A DNA stretch of 64,000 bases from Lama glama (lineage: Eukaryota), in contig CM052816.1 of NCBI GenBank assembly GCA_028534125.1, positions 3,908,001-3,972,000 of the forward strand, given 5' to 3'. The position numbers and the translations under genes are program-made. The first letter of the stretch is position 1, and every line of letters starts with the position of its first letter. Under the pieces are notes generated by a model that made no database searches, was not told where the DNA came from, and was given only the letters and a program-made list of their open reading frames with translations. Positions 26,981 through 38,816 of the stretch are shown one piece after another.

Positions 26981-28699
26981 CCGTTACTCATTCATTAGCT
27001 GTCCTGGATACTAACCAGAGTAGCACGGGACTTGAAGAGTTGAAGGTTTCAAATAGAAACCATTCATTCACTTAACTGGGGCCAGGAAATTATTTTTCTA
27101 AGAAAACCACAAAAATCAGAAGGCCAAGGCTCTCCACCAGTAAATGAACAAGACAAATTATCCCTGCTCTCAGGAAACCCTCCAAACCAAGAACTGCAAC
27201 ACAGGTTTCAGTTGTGAATGTCTGAAATTGCTTATGTGAATTTCCAAAACAGCAAACAACTATGTGTGGCACGAAGTTGGTTTAACCCAGTGAGTGAACA
27301 AGTGAACGGCCCAAATGATTATTCCCCTCTCTTTGTGGATCTTAGGAAGAGTGCTTCCTTTTTTTAATCTTGGAGTTAAGAGATCTGTCAGAGAGAGAAA
27401 ACATGCTACCTATAGTGGCCAATTACAGTGGGTGTACTAAAGGTCAAAACCCTCTTCGACTGGCCAACCAGAATATGATGGCCAGCTAAGGGACGAGAAT
27501 GTGCCCAGTCTTTTACCACATATCCCACAGATGTTGGCTCAGTGATTGGCTTGAATCTGCAAAAGGCATTTGCTGCGGAGCTCAATTGCTCATTGTTCTT
27601 TCTTACTTATTCTAAATTTGGGAGGTTGACTGCCCTACTTATTAGGCATGAGACCTTAAGCAGATCACTCATCCACAGCTGCCCCTTCAATCAAAAGGGT
27701 AAAATCAAATTATCCCTGCCATGTTTCACCATGGGTGTGTTTGTAGAGAATCACATAATGCAACAGACATGAACCAACTTTCGAAGGTGCCAAGAACTTT
27801 TACAAACCTGAAGGCTGGTATGAGGATGGAGTGGAATTCTGTGCTCTTTAATTGTGTCTCTTGCTATGTCAGAGCACCTAAAAATGCTCGTTGAAATAAG
27901 GTGATGACTTTGCTGACATGGTGATGATAATGATATTGGGTTTTTTTTTTTTAACTGTTAGTTTTTTGTGGAGGGAACCACACATCAGGGCTCTTATCAC
28001 GCTGTCTGTTCACACTGGATACTTACTAAATGGCTATTAAATGACTCAGTGCTCTACTGTACTGCTTTCCCCTGGAAAAGGCTTAAACTGACCCCAAGGT
28101 CCACTTACCATTCACCCTATAACAGTAAACACAGAGCACCCACCATTAGCAAATCAAATGTTAAAAGACACTAAGAAGTTTTCCATTAATAAAGCTGGCT
28201 AAAGCGCATAATTTTATCTGTACAAGCATTCTGGTTAGATTTCCCCCATTAAAAAGAAAAGCTATGTTCCTAGTGAGGATTTTTTTTTCCCCTATTATTT
28301 CACTCCTTATGTACCAAAAAAATTTGTTTTTTAGTTAGATTATTCACATGTGGCTTAGTGAAGGCAGAAAAATAATTCAAAAGGCAACCAAACTATGATT
28401 CTTATAACACAGGCACCAATTCTGTAGTTAGTGTAACTCCTTAAAATATTCATGCAGCTAAGACTGCTTGAGTCGTCAAGGACTGAACCAGCACTCAAGT
28501 AGTTTTAAAATGCCCAGTCCTCGTTACTCCTGGCTACTGAATGACCCTCAGAGCCACTGGAAATTCTGCAAGTAAATACATTACCGGTTACGACACATTT
28601 ATTTTTTGGGCAGTCACCATATCTGAAGAAAGTCAACAGCATAAACGTTCAAGTTAGACATACTTGTGTACCTGCACGTATACGTGTACAGACATCCAC

Positions 28700-28915
28700 G
28701 ATATAGACTGACCCCGTCACTTACTAGCTGAAGAAGCTGGGCAGCTTGAGCAAGCTCTCTGTGGTTCAGCCTCCTTGCAGATAAAGGGGAGGTAACAGGA
28801 CCCCCTCGCAGGGTCGCCGCACGCAGTATGCGAGAACACAGTGGGGCACTCAGCACCGGGCTCGGTACAACGTGCGGTACCTGTACGGCCAGCGGCAGTG
28901 GGTGGTGCTGTTGCT
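28700..28915 (+). mobile_element. MIR SINE, unusually GC/CpG-rich
   Basis: gtcacttactagctg...gagcaagctctctgtggttcagcctcct...cctcgcagggtcgccg follows the MIR layout. Confidence 0.65.
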
Positions 28916-28927
28916 GGGCGGACTGTA

Positions 28928-29365
28928 TAGATCTTTCTCGACTCACAATGGGGTTACAATCTGAAAACCCACCATCTCTTGAAAATACCTTAAACTGAAA
29001 ATGCATTTAACTTATCTAAGCTGCTGCACGACTTAGCCCAGCCAATCTTAAACGTGCTCAAGACACTTACACTAGCCTACAGTTGGGCAGAATCATCTAA
29101 CACAAAACCTATTTTATAATGAAGTATGGAATTATCTCATGTATTGCATTGGATACTGTACTGAAAGTGAAAACCAGAACGGCTGTATAGGTACAGGATG
29201 GTTGTAAGTGAACTGGTTGTTCACCCTGGTGGTTAACTACACCAGCTGGGAGCTACAGTCCAGCCCAGCACCATGAGACAGGATCAGACCCGGTATCTCT
29301 AGCCTACGGAAAAGAGCTGAATTTGAAATTCGAGCTGCTGAATGCATGTCACTCTTGCAACATTG
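28928..29365 (+). mobile_element. TcMar-Tigger DNA transposon (Tigger5b/MER47-like)
   Basis: ctcgactcacaatggggttac...cttaaacgtgctcaagacacttacactagcctacagttgggcagaatcatctaacacaaa. Confidence 0.8.
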
Positions 29366-29483
29366 GCTTTATTCCTTTGATAACTATGTAAGTTTAAAAA
29401 GCTAAAGCTCTAAACGTTCTTAGAAACAATGAACAGTACATATATGTAAATTAAAAAAATATATGTGCAGTAAAAAATAAAAA

Positions 29484-30003
29484 CTATCAAGCCATGAAAG
29501 ACATGGAAGAAATTTAAAAGACATATTACTAGATGAAAGAAGCCAGTCTGAAAAGGTTACAAACTATACGATTCCAACCAAATGACGTTCAGGAAAAGGC
29601 ACAGATACAGAAACAATAGAAAGATTGTGGTTTCCAAAGGTCTGGGGAGAGAGAGGGAGGGAGAGATGAATAGATGGAGCACAAGGGATTTTTAGAGCAA
29701 AGAAATTATTCTGTACGCTACTATAGTGGTGGCTACATGTCATTATGCATTTATCAAAACCCATAGAATGTACAACATCAAGAGTGAACCCTAATGTAAA
29801 CTATGGGCTTTGGATGATAATAATATATCCATGCTGGTTCACTGACTGTACCAAATATGCCACACTGATGAGGGATGCTGAGGGTAGGGGAGTATATATG
29901 TGTGGGTGGGGATGGCTATGTGCCAACTCTGTATTTTCTGCTCAATCCTGCTATGAACCTGAAACTGCTCTAAAAGAATAAAGTTTATTAAAAAAAAAAA
30001 AGA
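29484..30003 (+). mobile_element. L1MC1-like 3' end, apparently nested in an older L1 fragment extending to about 30110
   Basis: tatcaagccatgaaagacatgg...aaaacccatagaatgtacaacatcaagagtgaaccctaatgtaaactatgg...aataaagtttatt plus poly(A). Confidence 0.85.
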
Positions 30004-30139
30004 AAAGAGGATACATTTTAAGACTAAAAGATATTTAACAGATATGTCAGCCAATTACACTGCGTGGGTCTTATTTCAATCTTGATTCAAACAAATAAAC
30101 CTCCAAAAAAAAAAAAACCCCAAAATTTGAACCAGCCTA

Positions 30140-31118
30140 AACGGGGATGAATCCGTCCTTTCCAAAGATGACCAGAACCCTATCTGTGTATTAGTTCCTG
30201 TAGTGGCCATACAAATGACCACAGAATGATGGCTTAAAACAATAGAAATTCATCCTCTCCCATTTCTGGAAGCCTGAAGTCTGAAATCAAGGAGGCTGCA
30301 GGGCTCTACTCCCCCAGGGAGGTCTGGGGGGGCATCCCTTCTTTGCCTTTCCATCTTCCAGAGGCTGTGGGCATTCTTTATGCCCAAGTCACTTCAGCCT
30401 CTGCCTCTGTGGCCATACCACCTGCTCCTCCTCTTTATCAAATCTGTCTCTACCTGATGCTTATAGAGACAACTGTCTTTGCATTTAGGGTCCAACTTGA
30501 TAATCCAAGATGATATCCTCACCTCAAGATCCTTAACCTACATAAGGCCAAATAACATACCATTTACAGGTTCCAGGGATTAAGCCAAGGATGTATCTTT
30601 TGGGGGCTGCCATTCAACCCACAAAAATCTCCCATCCTACAAGCTCCTCCAGAACTGTGTAACTCCCCCAGGTAGAGGGGGTCTGTGTGCCTTTCCCCTG
30701 AATCTAGACAGATTTTGTGTCTGTCTTCAACAACTGAGTGACACAGGAGTAATGCAACCTGCCTTCTGAGTCTAGGTCATGACAGCATTAGGCACCTCTA
30801 CCTCATTTAAGTGGAACACGCATTCTGAAATCCAGACACTACGTGGACAGGTCGCCCAAATTAACCTGCATGGAAGGGCCATGTGGAGGCTGCAGAGATC
30901 CCAGCATCAACTGCTCACACATGTAAGTAAGCGTGCCTCTAAATGATTGTAGCCCCAAGTGTTGAGCCAACCCCAGCCATGGAGTCTCTCCAGCTCAGGT
31001 GATGACATCAGGGGGCAGAGGGAAGCCATTTCCACTGAGCTCTGCTCTAAATGGAGACTCCTGTTATATTAAGCCACTAAGTTCTTGGGGGGGGGGTTTG
31101 TATAGCAATGGATAGTAA
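30140..31118 (+). mobile_element. Older MaLR LTR (MLT1F/G-like) interrupted by the MLT1C-like element
   Basis: tttccaaagatgacca...atct [insert] atctcccatcc...ttaagccactaagtt...gtttgtatagcaatggata. Confidence 0.65.
30187..30625 (-). mobile_element. MaLR LTR (MLT1C-like)
   Basis: tgtattagttcct...ggcttaaaacaatagaaatt...gaagtctgaaatcaagg...gccattcaacccaca. Confidence 0.8.
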
Positions 31119-31894
31119 GGCTCATTACTCATTAAATAACTGAATGGGTTAAGATCAAACATAAAAAAATACAGCAAATGAGCTCTATTTCCTAGCTTTT
31201 AGCATCTTGGATTTTTGACTAAATAAAGAGTGTGAGCAAACACATGTATACACACATACACTGTTAGAGGGGAAAAAAAAAAGATTCAGTCTCTCTCATT
31301 CTGAGTCAAAGAGTATGGGAGGATCCTTTAATTAGACACAGAAACTAGATGAGCTGTTGAGGACCTTACAGATCATTTGGTCAAACTGCATCTTTTACAG
31401 GTTCAGAGACTGAGGCTCAGAAGTGGTCCCTGAGCTGCCCCGCTCAATACAGCTCTTCACCAATCAAAGGTCCACCTTGTCCCTCACAGGCAAGATGAAA
31501 GATGTATGACAGTCTGACTACCCACCCGAGTGGGAATACTGAGAGGAGAGGAGACGGAGGGGGGTGTGAGGAAAAGGAACAAAGCTGCTATAAACGTAGT
31601 TCTGCTGGGCCATCTGTTCATCGGATTATAAGAACCTTTCTTCTCTATCGTCCGTTACACTGAGTTGTTTTGTTTGCTTTCCTACCTTAATCCATTGGTT
31701 CCAGGTCTTAAAAACTGCCCAGGGCACAGAAAGGAAAGGCAAAAATTGTTCTGTGGAGGGAAATGAAAAACTGCCTCGCCCATGTTCACTCCGCATGCTC
31801 TCCAAGACCAAGCTAAGAGGTCAGCTAGCAGATTACAGACCTGCTTTCTGCTATGATGGCAGTGTTTTCTGTCTGCTCTGTTCATGAAGGCAGC

Positions 31895-32000
31895 TAGTAA
31901 CCCCACATAGCTATTGACTGTGATATGGCTAGTGTGACCAAGGAACTGAATTGTTAATGTTACTTAATTTTAATACTATATTGGACAATGCCATTCTAGA
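31895..32000. mobile_element. hAT-Charlie MITE fragment (MER3/MER33-like)
   Basis: atatggctagtgtgaccaaggaactgaatt...tatattggacaatgc. Confidence 0.55.
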
Positions 32001-32792
32001 CCAAATACTTACAGAGCCTCTCTGAACTTAGAACTCCCAACTGGTGACCCAGGCAATCCAAGTGACCTGCAAAAGCTCATATTTACTACTGCATCTCTTT
32101 TACAGTCTGAATAAACTCTTGTCTGCCCTGGAAGGACTGCTCCTCCAGCTTCTGGTGGTAATACGCCCCTTGGGATGTGGAACTTCACTCTTACGATTGC
32201 ATAATGCCTCAGTAAGAGTGGGGAGATGGCCAAGGTGTGAAGACAACTTCCGATTTCTCAGAGTCCTTCAGAGTTCACAGCTGCGTGACCAAAAAAACCT
32301 AAAAATCCCATGAGTGAGTGGCTATGTGTGATGTAAGAAGACAGAAATATTTCCAGGGAGATTTTCTGGCGTTCTTTATTTTTCTCAACTCTAGAATCAT
32401 AAAAAAGTGAATTCTGAGTGTATGAAAATGATAGTAAGTGGGAAATGTCATGATTAATAATAGTCTAATGTTGCCCAGTCATTTGTTTATAACTGGAACT
32501 CAAGTTTCTCAGTTCGACCTCTCAAGAGCATCTGTAATTTGCATTCTGTTGAATTTTACTAGCATCAGCTCCAACTTTTCTCCTTCTCCTCCCCACCCTT
32601 TGTCTCCAGAGGCCTGGGCTCTCAACACTGGAACCAGAGTGTCTGGGATGTCCCAACCGAGTTTAAAACCTCAGGCTTTACCATCAGGCTAATTTCTCAG
32701 CTTTAAACACCATTCAAAGGCCATATCCATCCTCTGAGACTCAACTCAAGAAGTCTTCCAGTGCCTTCCAGCTTTAGCTAATTTCTTCTTTT

Positions 32793-32927
32793 GGGGGGCG
32801 GGGTGGGATCAAGAGGTAATTATGTTCATGTATTTATTTATTTTTAATGGAGGTGCTGGGGATGGAACCCAGGACCTCATGCATGCTAAGCACGTGCTCT
32901 ACCACTGAGCTATACCCTCACCACCAA
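32793..32927 (-). mobile_element. tRNA-Ala-derived SINE (Vic-1-like)
   Basis: Same head as the copy at 15180; perfect 15-bp TSD ctaatttcttctttt at 32778-32792 and 32928-32942. Confidence 0.9.
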
Positions 32928-34428
32928 CTAATTTCTTCTTTTATACTCTCTTAAAAGACTTGTCATTTGCAGAACATATTAAAATGACTGATGTTTCTTT
33001 CTGCCTAGTAAATTATGATCTATTAAAGTACAGGACTTTCTTGACCATAATCTTGAATGACCAGACAAACCGCAAGGTACTGCACAAACAGTGTGCTGAA
33101 GAAATACGAACTGAATTGAAGCAAATGTGCCCAATAAATTGTACAAATTTGTACCAGGCATGGTTTATTCTTCAACAATTATAGTGACCAAGATCATCCT
33201 TGATGATTTGCATTTTTTGGAGACGTATAAAACGCAGTGAGCTTCAGACTGAAGAGGACATTACAGACACATATCCCAGGACTGTTTCTGTCCTTTGTTT
33301 TTCTGCATTACAATTTTCATGCTGCCTTAAATGTAGCACATTGGCAATTTTTCAGCTTGATGAATTTGCACTAATGGATGAAAAAGGGACCACAAGAGAC
33401 AGCACTGACAGCTGAAGGCACGGTGTTCTCAACAGAAAAAGCCTTTCCAAGTTTCCAAGTGAAGCTGGCCTCCAAGCTGAATCAAATGCTACAAACACAC
33501 ACACACACACACACACACAACATATTCATTAACAGTGTTAAATGAAAAGTGTAACTAAAGCCAATAATATCATTTTCTCTCATTTGCTGAGCAAATCTGT
33601 GTATTAACGAGGATGACGTCGCCTGCTTCTACTCTATTTCATACTTCCTTCTCATGTAATTAAAACGTAGCCGGTAGTTGATACACAGGAGGGAGTGTCT
33701 CTATTAAAAATACCTGTTCATAATCAAATTCAAGCACTCATCTCATTTATGATCTGTCTACCTTAATAAATCAACTAATACTTCAATTTAAAAGCCATAT
33801 AAAGCCCTATTAACCCATCTTTACACATTTTAATTTAAAGTGACGGGCTATTCATAATTTTTCCCAGTCATTTATTCAATAAACATTTTAAGTACCTACT
33901 ATATGCTAAGCGAGCTATTTAAAGCTGTGCATATGAAGATGGACAGTTGAGGGCTACTGTCTCCATAGGGGAACCAGGAAAGTATTTTAAAAAACCCAGT
34001 ACTACCTGTCCCCTCACTGCATGACACCAGGTACAGCAAACACAAAAGGGAGTTATGAGCTTAATCTGGGTGGACTTCCATAAAAAAAGAGAGAGAGAGA
34101 AATTAGAGAAAAGCTTCAGAAGGGTAATGTTTATGGCAGATCAAATGTAGAGACGAGTTGCAAGTGAATTTCTGACCTCACAGGAAGGAAGTCCCGCCCT
34201 GGATGCTCAGGGGCCAGGACTCTGACTACATGACCTCCCCATCTCCGGCCACTCCTGAACGGGCATCACACATGGTTGACGGGCATCCAAGCAAGTACGA
34301 CATGATGTGCAAACTCTGCTGAGCCAGTGCAGTTCCCTCTCTGGGATTTCTTCTGGGTATCAACAAGAGACTCCAGCAGGGAGAGGCGGGAAAGGTCATT
34401 ACGGAGAAAAGGTCAAAGGCACGTGCAT

Positions 34429-35103
34429 ACGGAGCAGTTTTCCACTGCATAAATACACAACTTCTTTATCCAGTCATCTGTTGAAGGACATTTGGATTGC
34501 TTCCATGTTTTGGCTATTGTAAACAGTGCCGCTATGAACACTGGGGTGCATGTGTCTTTTTGTACTAAAGTTCCCTCTGGATATATGCCCAGGTGTGGGA
34601 CTGCTGTAATGCCATTTGCAGCAACATGTATGGACCTGGAGACTGTCGTTCCAGGTGAAGTAAGCCAGAAAGAGAAAGAAAAATACCTTATGATATCACT
34701 TATATGTGGAATTTAAATAGAAAAAAAAAGACAAATGAATTTATTTACAAAACAAAGACAGACTCCCAGATATAGAAAACAAATTTATGGTTACCAGAGG
34801 GGAAAGGAGGTGGGAAGGGATAAATTGAGAGCTTGAGGTTTGCAGATACTAACTAGTACATACAAAATAGATGAACAACAAGTTTATACTGCACAGCACA
34901 GGGAACTACATGCAATTTCTTGTAGTAACCTATAATGAAAAAGAGTATGAAAATAAACCTTTATATGTATATGTATGAATGAACTATTATGCTGTACACC
35001 AGAAATTGATACACCAATGTAAACTGACTATACTTCAGTTAAGAAAAAAAGAATAATGCAGTTCATAGCTGCAAAGAAAAAAAAAAGAAAGAAAGAAAAA
35101 GAA
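34429..35103 (+). mobile_element. Lineage-specific L1 with 5' inversion (about 34429-34606 inverted, about 34607-35103 sense)
   Basis: The left part is the reverse complement of the ORF2 3' region seen at about 51900-52075. TSD aaaggcacgtgcat (34415-34428) / aaaggcacacgcat (35104-35117). Confidence 0.9.
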
Positions 35104-35659
35104 AAAGGCACACGCATGTTGAAGTTCCCAGGACGCAGGAGACCTGGATCAAGGCGGGGAAATACCTGGTAGCACAACACAGGGAGGGGGACCCTGGAAG
35201 GCAAACAGAAGCCGACGCTCCAGGGTGAGACCGGGGCCAAGGGGTCCAGGAAAGCCAGAGGGTGAGGCTCCCCAGAGGGTGAGGCTCCCCAGAGTGGCCC
35301 AGGGTCCTGACAGTGCTCTGGGTCCCATGACTCTGAGGCCCATCCGTGCACCCAGGAGACCCCCCTCCCACCCCTCGGCACGTGTCTCCTCACTCCCCTC
35401 CACTTGAGCGAGTTTGACTGGGTCACAGTCCTTGAGCCTTCTTCGAACGGATGATGTGTCAGTGCTCTGAGTTATGGAACACACCAGCCATTCTCTCTGG
35501 CTTTTACTGTTTTACAAGGTGTCCAATTTACAAGTATTAGAATGCCTTCCTCTGACCCTCTGTGGATCTTTATCTTACTTTAGGGTAAATAAATCATATT
35601 TTAGACATTGCACTGAACAAATGCAATTTGTCTTCATGAAAAATAGCCCTTGGAAAATG

Positions 35660-35850
35660 GGCAGGATAGTGTACTGATTAAGAGCATGGGCTCAGGTGCC
35701 AGGCTCCCTGTGACCCAATCCCGGCTCCATCGCTCACTGACGGCACAGCCTTGGGCAAGTTACTGCACTTCTTGGAGCCTCCTCGTCCTCATTTGTAAAA
35801 TAAGGGTAACAGTGGTGCCTACCTCACAGGGTCTTTATGAGGGTTATATA
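35660..35850 (+). mobile_element. MIR SINE
   Basis: gatagtgtactgattaagagcatgggctc...ccttgggcaagtta...ctcatttgtaaaataaggg...cctacctcacaggg. Confidence 0.8.
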
Positions 35851-36744
35851 GGAAAACTATCCAGTCAGTTCTGTCTAGGTTTTTTTTAAACAATTAGACA
35901 TTCATTTATTAGATCATCATAAGAAACAGTGGTTTGGATTTTGTCATTTTAATGAATGGTAAGAGAAATAGAAGTCAGGAGATCTATTAAACACAGGTAG
36001 AGAGAGCTGTAATTTATCAAGGACCTATCATGGGCCCAGTACTGATCAGGTACTTGATATCCATTGTCTCATGTATGTGGTGTGCACAAAACTGTCAAAA
36101 GCATTTGACAGTTACCAAATACATATTGAAAGCTGGCTGCACACCAGACAATGGGCCATGGCTACAAAGATGAATAAATAGAAAGTCATCCCTGCTCCAG
36201 AGAGGTTCCCAGCATGCTGGGATGCTAAGCTGGGTCAGGCAACCTTGCCGTCTACTTTGGTTCAGGCATCTGCAAAATGAGGACTTCTGCACAGGGGACT
36301 CCTAAGATTCCTCTCGTCTAGCAGCGAGGGATTTCACACTCACTGGACTAAGTAAGATCACGCCACCTATTGATAACTTCCAATCCTTTTAAGTTTTGCC
36401 ACTTAATAACCACTTGTCAATGACAGTGTAGATGATCAATACAGCAGTACTGTGGGAGGTCTCTGAGGCCAAATTACTTGGACTGGGTGGCTGGAATGCA
36501 CTGGCAGGAGTAGCAGCCCTCTACAGAGTGAGATCTCACATGGTCAAGGCAAGGCTCGAAAGACAAAATGGTAGAGTTCAAACAGGAAGATGCCTTTCAG
36601 TCCTAAAGAATACCTATTTCGGTGCATTAATTTCTATACTGAGCCCTAGAAGGAAAAGGTGACGGAGTTCATGGAGTTCATGAGTTCCCTGACACTCACG
36701 CTAGGGTTTTCTGCACTGCCTCACCATGTGTCACACTGATTAAT

Positions 36745-37190
36745 ACACAAAGTGCCAGAGTCAGCCTGCTTGGATTTTAATCTCTGCTCATGCCACTTTT
36801 TAGCTGTTTGATCCCAAATCAAGTTATTGAGTTTCCTTCCTCCCCTGTGAAACTGGTATCATAATAATACCCATCTGCATAAGGATTAAGTCAGATAATA
36901 CTTATAAATTGCAAGGGTACAAGATGAGATTTCAATAAATGATGATGATGACAATGATGTGATGACGGCAAACATTAACATAAAGCAACTATACAACGTG
37001 CTAGGCTCTGTTGTAAGCACTTTCCATGCGTCAAATCACTTCATTCACTCTGCACAACAGTCCTATGAATAGGTAGCTACTATTACTCTAGGATATTGCA
37101 GCACAAAAAGGTTGAGGAATTTGCCAAGTAAGTAGCAGAACTCAGATGAGTATCTGTGTCCAGACTCTGGGCCTTCAACCACTGCACTGT
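36745..37190. mobile_element. Two MIR SINEs in opposite orientation
   Basis: A plus-strand MIR at about 36745-36945 followed by a minus-strand MIR at about 36965-37190. Confidence 0.65.
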
Positions 37191-37554
37191 GGTGCGGAGC
37201 CCCCCATGGCTTCCTGTCGCCAACATGCATTAGCTCACTGAGTCTTCACACTAACCTCTGACAGAGAGAGTATCATTAAGTTTAAATGAAATGTTGACAT
37301 AAACATAACAAGGGGCTAGAACAAAAGGTGGAGGCAGTGAAGGGAGAGGTTCACCAGCTGTAGTGTACAGAGACCTGGATTAAAGAATGAACATTCAGAA
37401 CTACAAGGAACTACCCTAGGCAGAAAAGGTCAGTAGGTATCTTGGATGGGAGAGAAATTTGTGACTGGATGACCGAGTGGGTAACAAAGATGATCAACCA
37501 TTTTGGCAGCTTCAGAGTTTTGTTGAAAAGCCAGATCATCATAGCTGTTAGTGG

Positions 37555-37790
37555 GAAGAAGTATGGTGTGGTGGAAATAGGTGGACTTTGAAGTCAAGCA
37601 TCTGATCCTTTATTTACTAGCTGTGTGTCTTTTAACAAGTCACTCAACTTCTCTGGGCCTTAGGTTTTATTTTACCAAAATGGAAAAAAAAATAATACTT
37701 AATTTGTAGGGTTGTTCGGCAAATTAAATGGGAATTTGTTTGTTTTTTTAAACTGCCAAGCTCAGTGACTAGTGTAGAACAGACAATACT
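37555..37790 (+). mobile_element. MIR SINE
   Basis: gtatggtgtggtggaaa...ggactttgaagtca...ttactagctgtgtg...caagtcactcaacttctctgggcct. Confidence 0.75.
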
Positions 37791-38316
37791 AGTTCCCTGG
37801 CCCTGCACAGTATGTGATAAACTAAGACGGCTTAACCTACAGCTTTTGACAGCATAGGTAAACACTCCTCCATGTAGGGGAAAATAATGGAGAGAAGTGT
37901 AAGCTTGCTGTCCTGCCTACTAATGAGTGCCAGAATATTCTGCTAAAAGCAGAGAAGAGAAAAATCATTTTTCTTCTGATTTATAGCCGGGACAAAGACA
38001 ACTTGGTTGGATGTTTGTCCAGACTGTTATAATGGAAGGGCTCTTCCAGCATACACCCTTGGGGACGGCACTGAATACAAATCTGACAACAAAGCAAAAT
38101 TCTGGATATCTCATCTCGGATAAATTGCCAAGTCCTCAGGAATGCCTTCAGATGACATCATTCTCCTGGTTTGTTATGACTCAAGAGGGCTTGATTATAG
38201 CGTGAGCTTTTCCAGGTCCCAAATTATTGAACATTCCAGGTTTGCAAAAATAATCACTCTTTCCTATTCACAACAGTTTTAAATCCTCGCATAAAGGGCT
38301 TCACTATCATCTCACT

Positions 38317-38816
38317 NNNNNNNNNNNNNNNNNNNNNNNNNNNNNNNNNNNNNNNNNNNNNNNNNNNNNNNNNNNNNNNNNNNNNNNNNNNNNNNNNNNN
38401 NNNNNNNNNNNNNNNNNNNNNNNNNNNNNNNNNNNNNNNNNNNNNNNNNNNNNNNNNNNNNNNNNNNNNNNNNNNNNNNNNNNNNNNNNNNNNNNNNNNN
38501 NNNNNNNNNNNNNNNNNNNNNNNNNNNNNNNNNNNNNNNNNNNNNNNNNNNNNNNNNNNNNNNNNNNNNNNNNNNNNNNNNNNNNNNNNNNNNNNNNNNN
38601 NNNNNNNNNNNNNNNNNNNNNNNNNNNNNNNNNNNNNNNNNNNNNNNNNNNNNNNNNNNNNNNNNNNNNNNNNNNNNNNNNNNNNNNNNNNNNNNNNNNN
38701 NNNNNNNNNNNNNNNNNNNNNNNNNNNNNNNNNNNNNNNNNNNNNNNNNNNNNNNNNNNNNNNNNNNNNNNNNNNNNNNNNNNNNNNNNNNNNNNNNNNN
38801 NNNNNNNNNNNNNNNN
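38317..38816. other. Assembly gap (500 N)
   Basis: Run of exactly 500 N. Confidence 0.99.
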
